A stretch of 64,000 nt of DNA from assembly GCF_009914755.1 (NCBI RefSeq), contig NC_060944.1. The stretch is one strand, 5' to 3'. This document shows, piece by piece, positions 1 to 21,708 of the stretch. The translations under genes and the position numbers were made by a program. Numbering within the stretch: position 1 is the stretch's first letter; each line of letters begins with the position of its first letter. The notes below the pieces were generated by a model, which ran no database searches, was not told the origin of the DNA, and saw only the letters and a program-made list of their open reading frames with translations. Source of the DNA: the human T2T-CHM13v2.0 reference genome, Homo sapiens.

Positions 1-1325
<1,325 letters not shown>

Positions 1326-1330
1326 CAGAG

Positions 1331-2171
<841 letters not shown>

Positions 2172-2196
2172 GGTCGTTGGCTTTAAATAGGAGTCT

Positions 2197-2520
2197 GGGC
2201 TGGGCATGGTGGCTCATGCCTGTAATCCCAGCATGAATGAATGAATCCTCACCCTTTGGAAGGCTGAGGTGGGTGGATCACTTGAGGCCAGGAGTTCAAA
2301 ACCAGCCTGGTCAACATAGCAAAACCCCATCTCTATTAAAAATACAAAAAATTAGCTGGGTGTGGTGACACATGCCTGTATTCCTAGCTACTCGAGAGGC
2401 TGAGGCATGAAAATCGATTGAACCCTGGAGGAGGAGGTTGCAGTGAGCCGAGATCACTCCACCGCACTCCAACCTGGGCGACAGAGTAAGACTCTGTCTC
2501 AGAAGAAATGAAAATAAAAG
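2197..2520 (+). mobile_element. Alu with a 20-bp insertion in the left arm
   Basis: TSD taaataggagtct at 2184-2196 and 2521-2533. Confidence 0.93.
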
Positions 2521-3066
2521 TAAATAGGAGTCTGTTAATTTGTAATAACAGATTCATCCATTAAAGTAGTTATACATGAGGGTTTACTTTGGAAAGATGC
2601 AGTCGGGAAGACAAAGACAGCTAACATAGCCAGTCTGTGTCTCAGGATATGTGATTCACCGAGAGCCTAGCAGTGCTTCTGACGAGAAGTCACTCAGGAT
2701 AGCTCTAAGTTTCCAGGCACATTACCCTCACCTTCTACTAGCTGGGCCATTTTTCTGATGTACAGCCAAGTAGAAACTCTCGGATCACAGAAGTACTCCC
2801 TTTACATGAATAGAACGCCTCAGCAGCCTCTCCTGGCTGAAGCTCAGCAGCATTCTTGGAGTCCCAGGTGCTCTTTGCAATGCGTGTTCCATAACATCGC
2901 AAAAGAGCCTAACTCAACATGATTGTGTTATTTTGCTCGCCAGCATTTGGAGTCGTGATGAGCTGAGGGCTGAGCCAAAAACCCCAAGAAGCCTGAGCCT
3001 GCATTTTTTTTGTTGTTGCTCTTACTGCAATGTTCATCTCTTGCCAGAAACAGCCACTAGCAATCA

Positions 3067-3512
<446 letters not shown>

Positions 3513-3529
3513 AAAACATTTTCCCCTTC

Positions 3530-3640
3530 AATTTATTGCATCCACTTTGTACATGAGGAAACTGGGGCTCAGAGAGGGAAAGGAAATTCAACTGGTGGAA
3601 CCAGGACTCCTGATCTTTGGATGCCAAGGTTCAAATCTTT
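3530..3640 (-). mobile_element. MIR fragment
   Basis: MIR core atgaggaaactggggctcagagagg. Confidence 0.65.
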
Positions 3641-4092
3641 TCCAAATTCCAAATTCATTTTGTCATATGCTGGTCTGAACAGCTCTTCCAAGCCCCTCTG
3701 ACTTGGCACATGGCAGAAACAACAATGGCGAATGGCATGAACTCACCCATTGCCCCTCTTTGGAATACCTTGCATACCTTATCTGTGTTAGCTTTTGCCC
3801 CTTGTCTCTGCACCCTGATTAATAATGGTTTGTTGATTGATTGAGCTGGTTTTCTATATGCCATACATTTGAGGAGGTAAATAGGTGGGCATGGTTTTTA
3901 TGCCTTTATTTTTTTTAAGTAGACTTTATTTTGTAGAAAAACTTTAGGTTTACAGAAAATTGAAAGTTACAAATTGATCAGAAAGTAGAGTTCCCACATA
4001 CCCCTTCTCCCTCTGCACAGGGTAGTCTCTATTATTTACATCTTATGTCTATGTGGTACAAGTGGTGAACCAACATTGATACCTATTATTAT

Positions 4093-4394
4093 TACTATTA
4101 TTATTATTATTGAGACGGAGTCTTGCTCTGTCCCCCAGGCTGGAGTGCAGTGGCATGAATCTCAGCTCACTGCAACCTCCGCCTCCCAGGTTCAAGAGAT
4201 TCTCGTGCCTCAGCCTCCCGAGTAACTGGGATTACAGGCATGCACAACTGCGCCCGGCTAGTTTTTGTATTTTTAGTAGAGATGGGGCTTCACCATGTTG
4301 GGCAAGCTGGTCTCAAACTCCTGACCTCAAGTTATCTGCCTGCCTTGACCTCCCAAAGTGCTGGAATTACAGGAGTGAGCCACCGCGCCCGGCC
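4093..4394 (-). mobile_element. Alu
   Basis: TSD atacctattatta. Confidence 0.95.
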
Positions 4395-4760
4395 AATACC
4401 TATTATTAACTAAAATCTACAATTTACATCAGGATTCACTCTTTGTGTTATAATTCTATGGCTTTTGACATGTATAATTTATAATGACATGTATCCACCA
4501 TTACAGTATCTGAGTATTTTTCACTGATCTAAACATCTTCTGTGCTTCATCTGTTTGTCACTCCCTCTTGTCCCCTACCCCCCACCCCCAAGGTCCTAGC
4601 AACCATTGATCTTTTTACTGTTTCCATAATTTTGTATTTTTCAGAATGCTATATAGTTAGAATCATACCGTATGCAGGCTTTTCTGTTCAGATTGGCTTC
4701 TTTCACATAGTAATATGCATATGTTTTCTCTATGTCTTTTCATGGCTTGATAACTAGATT

Positions 4761-5013
4761 GCTAGAGTGCAGTGGCATGATCTCGGCTCACTGCACCTCC
4801 ACCTCCTGGATTCAAGCGATTCTCCTGCCTCAGCCACGAGAGTATCTGGGATCATAGGCGTGCTCCACCACACCAGGCTAATTTTTGTATTTTTAGTAGA
4901 GATGGGGTTTCACCATGTTGCCCATGCTGGTGTCAAGCTCCCGAGCTCAAGCGATCTGCCTACCTCAGCCTCCCAAAGTGCTGAGATTACACTCGTTAGC
5001 CACTGCACCTGGC
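4761..5013 (-). mobile_element. Alu lacking its 3' end and tail
   Basis: Begins at gctagagtgcagtgg; no poly-T tract and no TSD. Confidence 0.9.
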
Positions 5014-5339
5014 TTCATTTCTTTTTATTGCTGAATACTATTCCATTGTATGTATGTGCCACAATTTTTTTATCCATTTGCCTATTGAAGGACATCTTGG
5101 TTGCTTCCAAGTTTAGGCAATTATTAATAAAATTTCTGTTAATAACTGTGTGCAGGTTTTTGTGTGGATATAGTTTGCATCTAATTTGAGTAGACAAAGA
5201 AGAGTGTGATTGCTGGATCATAGGGTCAGATTATGTTTAATTTTGTAAGAAACTGCCAGCAAAGAAGGAGAATTCCTTTTACTCCACATCCTTGTCGCAA
5301 TTATTGTGTCAGTGTTTTGAATTTTAGCGATTCTAATAG

Positions 5340-5855
<516 letters not shown>

Positions 5856-6167
5856 CCGTTTATATTTTTGATGTTTATTTCACTAACTCTCAAGTCCTAC
5901 AAATCATCAACTGTTCTCTCCCATAATATCTTTTCAGGGCCGGTTTTTATTTTGGCTAAGCTGAGTTTAGTTCATAAGATATGGATTAGTAATTTTCACC
6001 CTTCATAATAAGAAAGTTTATCAATTCTGAAATAATCTAGTTAGAGTAGAAAGAGTCTTATTCACAAAAGACACTATTATTACCTCCAATTTGCCAGAGA
6101 AAGACTCCAGACTTCTTCTTTCTTCCTTTTCTTTTCTCTCTTGTTTCTTTTTGGGTTTGTTGTTATG

Positions 6168-6364
6168 GATCCTCTAGCGTCAGCCTCCCAAGTAGCTGGG
6201 ACTGCAGACACACGCCACTGTGCCCGGCTAAATTTTTAAAATTTTTTGTAGATACAGGGACTCCCTATATTGCCCAGGCTGGTCTTGAACTCCTGGCTTC
6301 AAGCCCTCCTCCCACCTTGACCCATCAAAGTGTTGGACTTACAGGCATGAGCCATTGTGCTTGG
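6168..6364 (-). mobile_element. Partial AluJ
   Basis: Antisense Alu sequence. Confidence 0.8.
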
Positions 6365-6372
6365 TATCTTGT

Positions 6373-6373
<1 letters not shown>

Positions 6374-6423
<50 letters not shown>
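6374..6423. repeat. (CT)n microsatellite
   Basis: Directly visible. Confidence 0.95.
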
Positions 6424-6425
<2 letters not shown>

Positions 6426-6570
6426 AACTATAGTCTCTAGGCAAAAAAAAAAAATGAAGGCATACCAGATTTCTTATGTTAAAAGATCTTGTCCCTTCTA
6501 GAAAGATATGCTAATGTAGATCTAAAGAAGAAAGATTTTTCCAAAATGATGGATTTAATTAACACTATTT

Positions 6571-7015
<445 letters not shown>

Positions 7016-7464
7016 TGAGCTGTTTGTACCAGTCAGGGCTCTTGATTGCAAACAACAGAAATGGATTGTGTTTAACTGAACTGGAAAAGAAATTAGTTGG
7101 CTGCTCACAGAATTGATGATATGGCTGGAAAATGGGCCACAACCAATGAAGGCTAGACTTGCAAAATTGTAATAAAAATCTTACCCCAGGAAGAGTCTGG
7201 TTATGCTGTCATTCCCACTGGATACTTCTTGCTACCACCAAATAAATGAATTCTAACTGTCCCCTCATGTCTGTATCATTTGTTCCAGATTCAAGGTTTT
7301 GGGAGAAGACAGCACCTGATTGGTTGAATCAGATCACATGACTGATATTGCTATTGGGAAGGGGAAGGGTCTGAGAGGACTTCCTCCCACCAAAATTTGC
7401 GCAATGGTAAATTTTAGAGGTAAAACTAAAAAACGTGTTCATTACTGGGAATATAAAGACAAGA

Positions 7465-7845
7465 GGCCAGCTATTGTTGAAATAATGCTGTATAACAAGC
7501 TAAATACATAAACAGATTTCAGTGGCTTGTAATGACACTTATTTTCCTCAATCATAGGTCTTCAGGCTGGCTGGGGAAGTTCTGCTTCAGGTTGTGAGTT
7601 GGCTGGGCTTGGCTCCAGATGGAAGATCCGGTTTACGACTGCTCCAAATGTCTTTCATTCTAGAAAGAGCAGCTACTAAGGGCACACTTATGAAGATGGC
7701 AAAAGCACGAGAGGCCACGCCAAACCACACAAGCACACTTACAACCTCTGCTCATATATCTGATGACATTCCGTTGTTTAAAGTGAATTACATGGCCAAG
7801 TTCAAAGACAAATGAGATAAGGTATACATTCTGTCTATTCTACTG
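7465..7845. mobile_element. MLT1-type MaLR LTR fragment, apparently resuming near 12420 after the L1
   Basis: ataatgctgtataaca...cagtggctt...cttatttt motifs. Confidence 0.5.
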
Positions 7846-7974
7846 GTTACTGTGGATTCAATTGCTCTTATTTTTGTAGTTTCCTAAAGTGGAAGCTTGG
7901 ATGACTGATTTAAGATCCTTCTTTTCAAATATATTCATTTAATGATATAAATTTCCCTCCAAGTACTGCCTTCA

Positions 7975-8313
<339 letters not shown>

Positions 8314-8353
8314 TCAAAATATTTTAAAATTTCTCTTGAGGATTCCTCTTTGA

Positions 8354-8723
<370 letters not shown>

Positions 8724-9277
8724 ACTTTCCTGTGTTTTTTCAAGTGTTTTTTATATTTTTATGTTTCTGTGTTTTTTTTTAATTTCTGTTTTAATTTCAT
8801 TGTAGTTTGAGAATAAACATTGCATAATTTATTTTTTTTTACATTTTTTAATGTAAGTTTTATGGCCCAGAATGTGGTTTATCTTGGTGAATGCTCCATT
8901 TGAACCTGTAAAAAAATATGTAATCTACAATTGTTGGATAAATTAACCTATAGAGGTCAACTATATCCAGTTCATTGATGGTGCTGTTCAGTTCAACTAA
9001 GTCCTTATTGATTTTCTGCCTGTTGAATCTGTTTATTTATGATGGAGGGATGTTGGAGCCTCCAACTGTAATAGTGGATTCATCTATTTCCTTGCTGTTC
9101 TATCAGTTTTTGCCTCACATATTTTGATGCTCTGTTATTAGGTTCATACACATTAAGGACTGGTTTGTCTTCTTGGTGTATTCACCTTTTATCATTGTGT
9201 AGTACCCCTCTTTATCTTTGATAACTTTCCTTGCTCTGAAATCTGCTCTGTCTGAAATTAATATAGTTATTCCCACT

Positions 9278-9559
<282 letters not shown>

Positions 9560-9670
9560 TATTCCCATTTTTTATGATTAATGCTAGCATAGCATATCTT
9601 TTTCCATCTCTTTACTTTTAATCTATATGTGTCTTTATATTCTAAATGGGTTTCTTGTGGACAACATATA

Positions 9671-10009
9671 CAGGTGTTCCTCAACTTATGATGAGGTTAT
9701 GTCTTGATAAACCCAGAATAGTTTATCGTAAGTCAAAAATGCATTTAATACATCCAACCTACAAAATCTCATAGCTTAGCCTACCTTAAAAATTAGCCTA
9801 CAGTTGAGCAAAATAATCTAATACAAAGCCTATTTTATAATAATGTGTGGAATATCTCATGTAATTTATTGAAGACTGTACTGAAAGCAAAAGATAGAGT
9901 GGTTTATACAGGAATTTGAAGTACAGTTTCTACTGAGTGCATATCACTTTCACATCATCGTAAAGTCAAAAAATTGTAAGTTGAACCATCATAAATTGGG
10001 GACTATCTG
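9671..10009. mobile_element. MER47A-like TcMar-Tigger MITE
   Basis: TA|caggtgttcctcaacttatgatg ... catcataaattggggactatctg|TA: imperfect TIRs and TA TSD. Confidence 0.8.
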
Positions 10010-10030
10010 TAGTTGTGTCTTGTTTTTTGA

Positions 10031-10350
<320 letters not shown>

Positions 10351-11113
10351 TTAAACAGCTTATTTTAGTATTTCTTGCAAGGCTGAGCTATTAGCAACAA
10401 GTTCTCTCAATTTTTGTTTTTCTAAGACACTCTATTTCTCCTTCACTTTTGAAGGATAATTTCAGAGTACAGAATTTTAGGTTGGTGTTTCTTTTCTCAG
10501 CAGTTTTAATGTTTTATTCTACTCTTCTGGTTTGTATGGTTTCTTAGACGTCAGATGTAATTCTTATCTTTGCTTCTTTGTGGGTAAAATGTGTTTTTTC
10601 CTCTGGCATCTTTCAAGATTTTTCCTGTATATTTGATTTTCTAAAGTTTGAATATGATATTCCTAGGTATAGGGGTTTTCTTGGTTTTTGTTTTCTTTTT
10701 CTTTCTTTTTTTTGGGGGGGGGATGGGAGGGGCTTTTATCCTGCTAGGTGTTCTCTGAGATCCCTCAATCTGTGGTTTGGTGTCTGGCGTAAGTTTAGGA
10801 AAATTCTCAGTGATTATTGCTTCAAATATTGTGTCTATTCCTTTTTCTTTTTTCTTCTTCTGGTATTCCCATTACATGTATGTTGCATCACTTGTAGTAG
10901 CCCCACAGTTCTCAGATATTCTGTTCTGTGTTTGTTTGTTTGTTTGTTTGTTTGTTTTCCAGTCTTTTTTCTGTTTGCTTTTTAGTTTTGGAGGTTTCTA
11001 CTCAGATATTCTCAATGTTACAGATTATTACCTCAGCCACGTCCAGTCTACTAATGAGCCCATCAAAGGTATTCTTCATTTCTGTTTTAGTGCTTTTGAT
11101 ATGTAGAAGTTCT

Positions 11114-11406
11114 TTTCAAGAGTTTGGGGTTTCACTCTTGTTGCCCAAGCTGGAGTGCAATGGAACAATCTCTTGGCTCACTGCAACCTCTGTCTCCCGG
11201 GTTCAAGCGATTCTCCTGCCTCAGCCTCCTGAGTAGCTAGGATTACAGGCATGTGCCACCACATCCAGCTAATTTTTTGTGTTTTTAGTGGAAATGGGGT
11301 TTCACCATGTTAGCCAGGCTGGTCTCGAACCCCTGACCTCAGGTGATCCACCTGCCTCAGCCTCCCAAAGTGCTGGAATTACAGGCATGAGCCACCTCGC
11401 CTGGCC
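11114..11406 (-). mobile_element. Alu
   Basis: TSD-like tagaagttYttt. Confidence 0.93.
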
Positions 11407-14400
11407 TAGAAGTTTTTTTTATTCTTTCTTAGAATTTTCATCTTTCTGCTTACATTATCCATCTGTTCTTGTATGTTGTCTACTTTTTCCATTAGAGCCC
11501 TTAGCATATTCATCAGTGTTTTAACAATTCCCAGTCTGATAATTCTAAAATTCTGCCATATCAGATTCTGGTTCTGATATTCAGTCTCTTCAAACTGTGT
11601 TTTTGTTTTTTAGTATGTCTTGTAATTTTTTGTTGAAAGGTAAATATGATGCACTGGTTAAGAAGAACTGCAATAAATGGAACTTTACTAATGTGATGAG
11701 TTGTTGGGGGAGGGGAAGCTCTATATCCTTTGATTAGGTCTCAGTCTTGTGGTGAGCCTGTGCCCCAGACTGTGAACTTCAACAGTGCTTCTCAGGACCC
11801 CTCCCCCCTTAGGTGGGACAGGATGGCTGGAGCTAGCTGAAGCTGGGTATTTCCCCTGTCTCAGGTAGATTAGGCTCTGATGAAGCCCCAGAAGGTTGAA
11901 CTCTAATAAAATCATTTATTTTGAGAGCAGGCCTGTTTAGAAAGAACAGAATTCTCTGGTGTATTTTAAAATGGTTTCTATTCTCCTCCACCTGCCAGAA
12001 GCACAAGGGGTTTTTTCTCTAAGATTCACACCTTGTAGAGACTCAGTAGATAAAACTCACAAAACCATGGGTCCCCCGCCCCCTCACAAAACTGTGAGTC
12101 CCCCACCCTGTTAAACTCCGGGGGACCCTGGAATCTCAGAGTTGTCCACACTGAGCCTCCAGCAATTCATCAATTACAGTTCAGATTTTCCCATCCTAGT
12201 ACTGGTGCCAGCTAAGTTTTCTGCCCCTGTAAATTGTGATTCTCCGTATCTGCCTATCTATCTCCTCAGTTCTGGGGGCAGCTGCTTGCCCTGTGACCTC
12301 ACTTTTCTGATATATCTATGAAGAGTTATTGATTTTTCATTCTGTTCAGCTTTTTACTTGCTGTTGGGACAGAGTGGTGACTTCTAAGATCCTAACATGT
12401 CAGACCTTAAAGCAGAAGTTCCTGCCTATATTTTGCTGAGAGGCATTGGAAAGTTACTTGGCAAAAAATTCTATTTTAAACAGTGAAGAATCAGAAACAA
12501 TAATCCAATCAGCCCCAGGTCCTCCAGGGTATAAAAGAAGGACCAATGGGTGGAAACAGGTTGGAAATCAGCATTGGCTCACAGGAGAATGATCAAATGA
12601 TAATGATTTTTTGTGGTTATACCAAACTCTGGATGGGACCTGAAGCTGGAGTTGGAGGATCTACAAAGCCTCAAGGGAAGGAAGACTTTTAATGCTTATT
12701 GTCTGCTGTCTCTTTCCTTCCTTCCTTCTTTCCTTTCTTCCTTCTCCTCCTCTTCCTCCTTCTTCTTTCTTCTTTTCTTTTCTTTCTTTTCCCAACATCT
12801 TATTCCTTAGAATCATACAAAATGAAACTCTACAGATGGGATCAAAGAAGGCTGAAGATGACAAAGAAAAAAGGGAGATAACAAAAGGAATAGAAGAGGA
12901 AATTTTAGGGAATTTGTTGTTAGAAGGTAGAAAAAGGTAATCAGAAATGATCCTATGGAAGATAGGATGCCTCACTTCTGATTAAGAAATTCAAGGTTTT
13001 ATGGACAGAACTTTAACCCTTCTCCCCCAGTGTCCTGAGAGTGACATCCCCTCCACCCCAGGCAATGGCTCTTTCTGGGGCAGGAAATTCTCCAAACAAG
13101 TTTCCAAATTAAGGGTTTTGATTGAGCTCACTTCCCAGAATTTTGTTCTGGCCTCTTTTTCCGATTACAGAATATGAATCAGCTAATGATTCTGAAAAAT
13201 AAAACTTCGGATACTTCTTTGTACTTGGAGAAAGAAAGAAATATACTGTGCAGTGCTCTTTTGATACATTCCAGAATAATCTTCATATTAACTCAATGGG
13301 GAAGCAATTGGATTTCCTCTGAAAGAGAGGAGAACATATCTCCCACATTGCAAAAAAAAAAAAAACCTGTCAATAAATTCCAGGAACAGGAGCTACTACA
13401 AATGTTCCCATTTTTTGAAGAGAATTTGTTCTGACCTCACTTCTAAGGGACTTGGTGTATGTGTCTTGAGCTTATTTTCCATTTGCTAATTAAAAGTACC
13501 TTGTCAGCAGTATTTATTACTATTATTATTGGTGAATGAATCATCCTCTTTTTCCACCAAATCTACTTTCCAGACTCACCCATTCTAAATGCTGGCTTAC
13601 AACTCACTCATGGCTGCCAAAACAACCCACTCAGATGAGTCTCCTCAGCGTTTCTCTGCCAAATCCTTTTCCTCTCTAATCTGAGACTAAAAGTCTTATT
13701 TGAAAAATTGCCTGCTCTTAAAAAATTTTCTGGATTGACATATGTCTTACTCCCATAACAAAACATTTTTTGCATTCTTCCAAGACCAAGTCAGATCTCC
13801 TTAATAAGGCATGAAAAATATAGATTTGCCTTCAGCTTAGTGTCTTCCAGGGCAGACCTGTGAATTCTGAGTCTTGCTAATGAATGGATTGCCAGAGAAG
13901 TCTTAGAGACCCACATTCTCTCTGTATTTGTAAGATATCATAGCAGTGGAAATTCTAATCAATGCATTAAAAAAGGGCCGCTCTAACCCTGTACTTTATT
14001 TTTCAATTGAATTTCCAACTCTCAAAAAATCACAAAAATAGTACCAAGATGCTCGTACAGCCTTCACCAAGCTCCCCCAAAGTTAACAACTTATGTAACT
14101 AGTTAATCAGTTACCAAAATCAGAAAATTAACATTAATTGATTCATTACTATTACCTAAGTGATAAACTTTATTCCAATTTCACTAGTTGTCCTGCTAAT
14201 CTCCCTTTTCTGGTCCCAGATCCCATTGAGTATCACGTGTTGCATTCAGTTGTTATGTCTCTTTAGACGCTTTAATTTAGGGCTATTACTCAATCCTTCA
14301 TTTTTCATGACCTTGGCACTTCTAAAAGTCAGTTATTTCGGGCCAGTTATTTTGTAGACTATCTTTCAGTTTGAGATATCTCTTCTTAGAAAATGACCTC

Positions 14401-15024
14401 TCACACACCTCTGACCAGATTTCTGGAAGGGTATTGAGGTTCTACACTTGTGAGAAAATGTATGCTCAGGGGAAAAATAGTGAAATTATGCCAAATAAAT
14501 ACTTATTTCTTCTATAGTTTAGGAACATACTGAAAAATGAGGCCTCATGCCACTGATCTTTTGAGGCCTATATGAGTCTGAAATGTAGTTATCCTTTTCA
14601 AAGCAATCAAGTAGTGTGCAATCAATTACAAAAAAAAAAACCCAGAAAAATGAACTCAAATGGCTTAAGCCACAAAGAAGATTTATTGGCATACATAACT
14701 GAGAAATCTGGCGGTAAGTTGAACTTCAGGCAAATGTTGACCCAGGTCCCCCTAAGTCTTTCAACCTTAACTTTACCTGCCACAGTGTTGGCTTCACCTC
14801 AGGGATGGCTTTCTATATGGTCACAAGGTGGTTATCAATAAAACTGGGGTAACATGCCCTCTCATCCACATCCAGAACATCATAACCCAGTCACTAGGGC
14901 CCCCAGATGAAATGCAGTAATTGCCTTAAACCACCTGCTCTCCTGAGCCAAGAATAGAACCACTGTCACCCAAATCACATATGGGGTGCTGTTAGGAAGC
15001 GAAAAGGAGAAATGGATGCTATAT

Positions 15025-15685
<661 letters not shown>

Positions 15686-16294
15686 TATGTAGACAATTAA
15701 CTATGTCCCCACAGGCTAGAATCCTTAGTGGTGGAATTGCAGAGAAGTGTATATATGGGGCAGGAGATTCTGTGCCCATGTGTTCCAATGGATGCTCAAT
15801 GCTAAGATGGACTCAGCAGGAAGGTCAGAAAGAACACAGTCTGGAAGAAATTAGGCATGAAAACTGGGAGAAGGTGGTCTGTATTGCTTTAGTATAACAC
15901 TGTCTTTGGTGGGCATTTAGACCTATGCACCCACAAGTGTGTTCTGTGCAACATGGAATAATGATAGGCCCCATTTGAAATATGGGTCCTCAAGCAGACA
16001 AGTTTGAGAAATGTTACCTCCCATCAAACATACCTGTGCCTCAGGCCACATCTCCTCAGCCCATAGTTTTACTCCAGCCATTGCTGTGGCAACTAGCCAT
16101 GGACCTCATCTCAGCCATACTATGCTCCTCCTGTTTTCTGCCTCAGGGCTTCTTTGTCACTGCAGGCTGGGATGCCTTCAGGAGTCTGTTGAGTGCTTCT
16201 AATGCATGTACAATCCTGGACACGTGAAAGAGGTAACATCTAAGGGGAAAGCTTTGATAAATGTGGGATGGAGCCAATGAAAACAATTTCTCAT

Positions 16295-17062
<768 letters not shown>

Positions 17063-17077
17063 TTAAAAACAAAACAT

Positions 17078-17960
<883 letters not shown>

Positions 17961-18239
17961 CTACTTTCACACAAACCCTTATCTCGGGCTGTGCTTTCTA
18001 GAATAACCTAGATTAAGACTCCAGATGAAACAATTAGTTATTCTAGTGCAGACTTCTCTAAGTCCCTATTGTTTAATGGACAGCAGTGATACTCTAAAAT
18101 TGTTTATAGTATATAGTATTCTCTAAATTTATTGACATTGCAATACTTTTTCTTTCATGAACATTTTGTGAGGCTAGTGTTCTGCAGACACATTTTGGGC
18201 AAGTTTGGCCTAGACTGAACACCCTGGGTCTCACATGAT

Positions 18240-19030
18240 GTGATTGTAGCAGCTGTCTCCAAGAGTGACCCCTAATGAGCCATTCCTGGTAGCCATGGCT
18301 ACCATTCCCCATTCTCACATTAAATCTAGGCTGGCCTGGGACTTGTGTCAGCCAATAGAATGAACATAAATAACACTGCAGGCCTGGCCTTTAAGACAAC
18401 TGGCAATTCCCACTGTCTCCTTCTGGGAATACTACCTTTGGGAGCCTTGAGTTACCATTTAAGAAATCTGGCTACTCTGGGCCGGGCACGGTGGCTCACG
18501 CCTGTAATCCTAGCACTTTGGGAGGCTGAGGCAGTTGGATCACGAGGTTGGGAGTTTGAGACCAGCCTAACCAACTTGGAGAAACCCCATCTCTACTAAA
18601 AATACAAAATTAACCGGGCGTGGTGGCACATGCCAGTAATCCCAGCTACTCAGGAGGCTGAGGCAGGAGAATCACTTGAACTCAGGAGGTGGAGGTTGCG
18701 GTGAGCCAATATCGTGCCATTGCACTATAGCCTGGATAACAAGAGCGAAACTCCGTCTCAAAAAAAAAAAAGGAAAAGAAAGAAAGAAATCTGGCTCCTA
18801 GAGGAGAGGCCCTGAGACAACAGGGAAAGAGATGCAGCTGCTCAGCATCCCAGGCTGAATTTCCAGATGGCTCCAGTCTTAGCCACATCTCACTGTAAAC
18901 CAAGCCAGACCAGAGGAACTGCCCAGCTAAGGCTACTCAACATACAGAAACATAAGTATAATAACAAGTTTATTGTTTTAAACCACTAAGTTTTGTGGTG
19001 GTTTGTAATAAATTGCAATAGATAACAGAA
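18240..19030 (+). mobile_element. MLT1-type LTR split by an Alu
   Basis: 3' motif ttgttttaaaccactaagttttgtggtggtttg...caatagataacagaaaca. Confidence 0.7.
18480..18783 (+). mobile_element. Alu (S-type)
   Basis: TSD aagaaatctggct. Confidence 0.95.
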
Positions 19031-19639
19031 ACAGTGGTAGAATAGAGCTTGGAACTGTCTGCTTTTGAGCTCTCAATATGGAGTCCTAAAACAGGGAATT
19101 GGGTACAAATGCTTCAGCCTTTGATTTTTTGCTTGGATGCTTTCCTGCTTCTCTTAGTGTCACCTATTAACCTATTTCGTGGGGTTTTCTTTCTATTAAA
19201 ATTTTAGTACAAAATCATGAGTCTCCTTCTTAGCTACTGCCTAAGGGAGATGAAATCTGCTTTGAGATTCAGATCTTTCCACCTATTTTTCATGGTTTCT
19301 GGCCTCCCAGTGTTCCCTCCAAACTTCTGGTAGCAGTTCTTTGAGGAATCAACCATTTCTGCTTTTAGTGAATGTGCCCAGTCCACCCTGGCTCAATTGG
19401 GGAATTTTGGGCACACAGGCCTGGCCAATCAGAGCTTCCCTTTCCCGAGCCACAGTGATTAGAGATGGCAATGATCCAAGATAACCAAGCTATATCAGAC
19501 TTCTGCTTTAACAACTGAAAAATAAACATTTTATCTTCCACTGGAATTGGGGTATGAATAGCTAAGCAACAAAACACATATAGTCTTCATATACATTGAG
19601 CTGACACAGCCCACACTGTAGATTAAAGCTAGACTTCTC

Positions 19640-20200
19640 TTAAAAGCCAGAGGTGTATATTCAGTGGTTTGCTTGACATCTCCATTTACATGTCAAATAG
19701 GTGCTACAACTTAGTATGTCCAAAAAGCAACTCTTGGTATTCACACATCCCAAATATGCTTTTCCAATAGTCTTTTCAATCCCGTAAATGGCTCCCCCAT
19801 TGACCAGAACTATGGAGTTATCCTTGATTCTTCTCTTTATTTCACAGCCAATCCATCAGAAAACTGCTTCTGCTTTCCCCTCAAAGAACATCCAAATCCA
19901 ATTATTTTTCATTGCCTCCACTATCCTGTTACAAACCTTCATTTTTTCTTGCATAGATTTTTCCATTAGCACATATCATTTATGTGTTTATTTATGCCCT
20001 CTCCTATCACTAGTATATAAGTTCTATGAATATTCCCAGGAATGTAAGAATGTAAATTCCGTGGATTTTGTTAATGCAGCTATGTGTTTAGTCACTGTTT
20101 TAAACACAATGCTTTGTTCACTGTACCTCTGGTGCCTATAACAATGATTAACACATATAAGATGTTCAATAAAGACTTGTTAATTAAATTAATAAAAATA
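19640..20200 (+). mobile_element. L2 3' fragment
   Basis: gacatctcca...atgtccaaaa; tail tgttcaataaagacttgttaattaa. Confidence 0.65.
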
Positions 20201-21370
20201 CACAGAAGACAGTGGTTAGATCATAGAGACAGACAAGGTACTAATGTCATAGTTTGAGCTCCTTGATCCAACTGAACCTGAAGACCTATGCTGGGCTTTA
20301 TGATTGCATGAGCCAATAAGCTCTCATTTTTTATTAGGCCAGTTTTGAGTTGGATTTCTAGGAAAAACTTGCAACTGGAAGAACCCTGATACACTAAATA
20401 TCCTTAAACTTATTTCTCAAGCAACAAAATGGTAGAACTTTTACTATCTTCTCAGCCTACCTCCATAGATCTGTTAACATTTGTGAGGCTCAAATGAGTA
20501 ACTATATACGGAAGCACATTGCTGACTTCAACATAATTCTGCCAATGTGTGAGCTGTTGTTACTCACAACTATGTAAATAATAAGATCTTATCATTGAAA
20601 GGAAAATTAGACTAGGAAACTGAAATCTTTCAAGTTATCAAAAAAATTACTTTGGCTGCCAAAGTGGGACTCTAAACAGCCATGAAAGCCTGTTCAGGTT
20701 TTCCAGGGATAGAAAACAGCATAGCTCCACTGAGGAGACTTAAAGGGATGACAGAGAACCAGGAATACAGCTGCTTTACAAGTTTTAAAAAAGAAGAAGG
20801 TAATGGTGGTAGTGCGTGTTTTGCAGAGGGCTGGTGGTGGGAGGTGGGGGTGGGGGGAGACTTAAAGACAACCATGCCCAGATCTCTTCCTTTTACAGAA
20901 GAGGCCTTGAAATTGTCAGTTCCTTGTTCAAGATCACAGAGCCACTTTCAGTGGCAGGTTTGGGACCAGAAATCCGAGTCTCCTGGCTTCCAATCCCATA
21001 CTCTTTCCTATATACCACGAATATACTGTTTTACTCTTTTGATTTTTTTCTTTGTTTTTCCTTCCTCTAAATTTTTGGAGATACATTGTAGCTTTGGAGA
21101 TAAAATTTGAAGTCTCCTCCATTTCAATATTTGACCTATGGAACAATTTGTAGACAGAGGATGGAGAGACGAAGTCTTATTCCAGTATTCCAAAGTTTTC
21201 TTGCCCAAGAAAATCTCAATAGTTCAAGTTGTTGGCTGCCATCTATGCTTCAAAGGCCCTAAACTCTTTCTTCCAAAGTATTTTGGCTTTAAGATCTTTA
21301 AATTGTGTTGGTCTTTTATTAATTCCTAAAGGCCTTTTTATAAACACTGAACAATAAATAAAAGAAGAGG

Positions 21371-21708
<338 letters not shown>

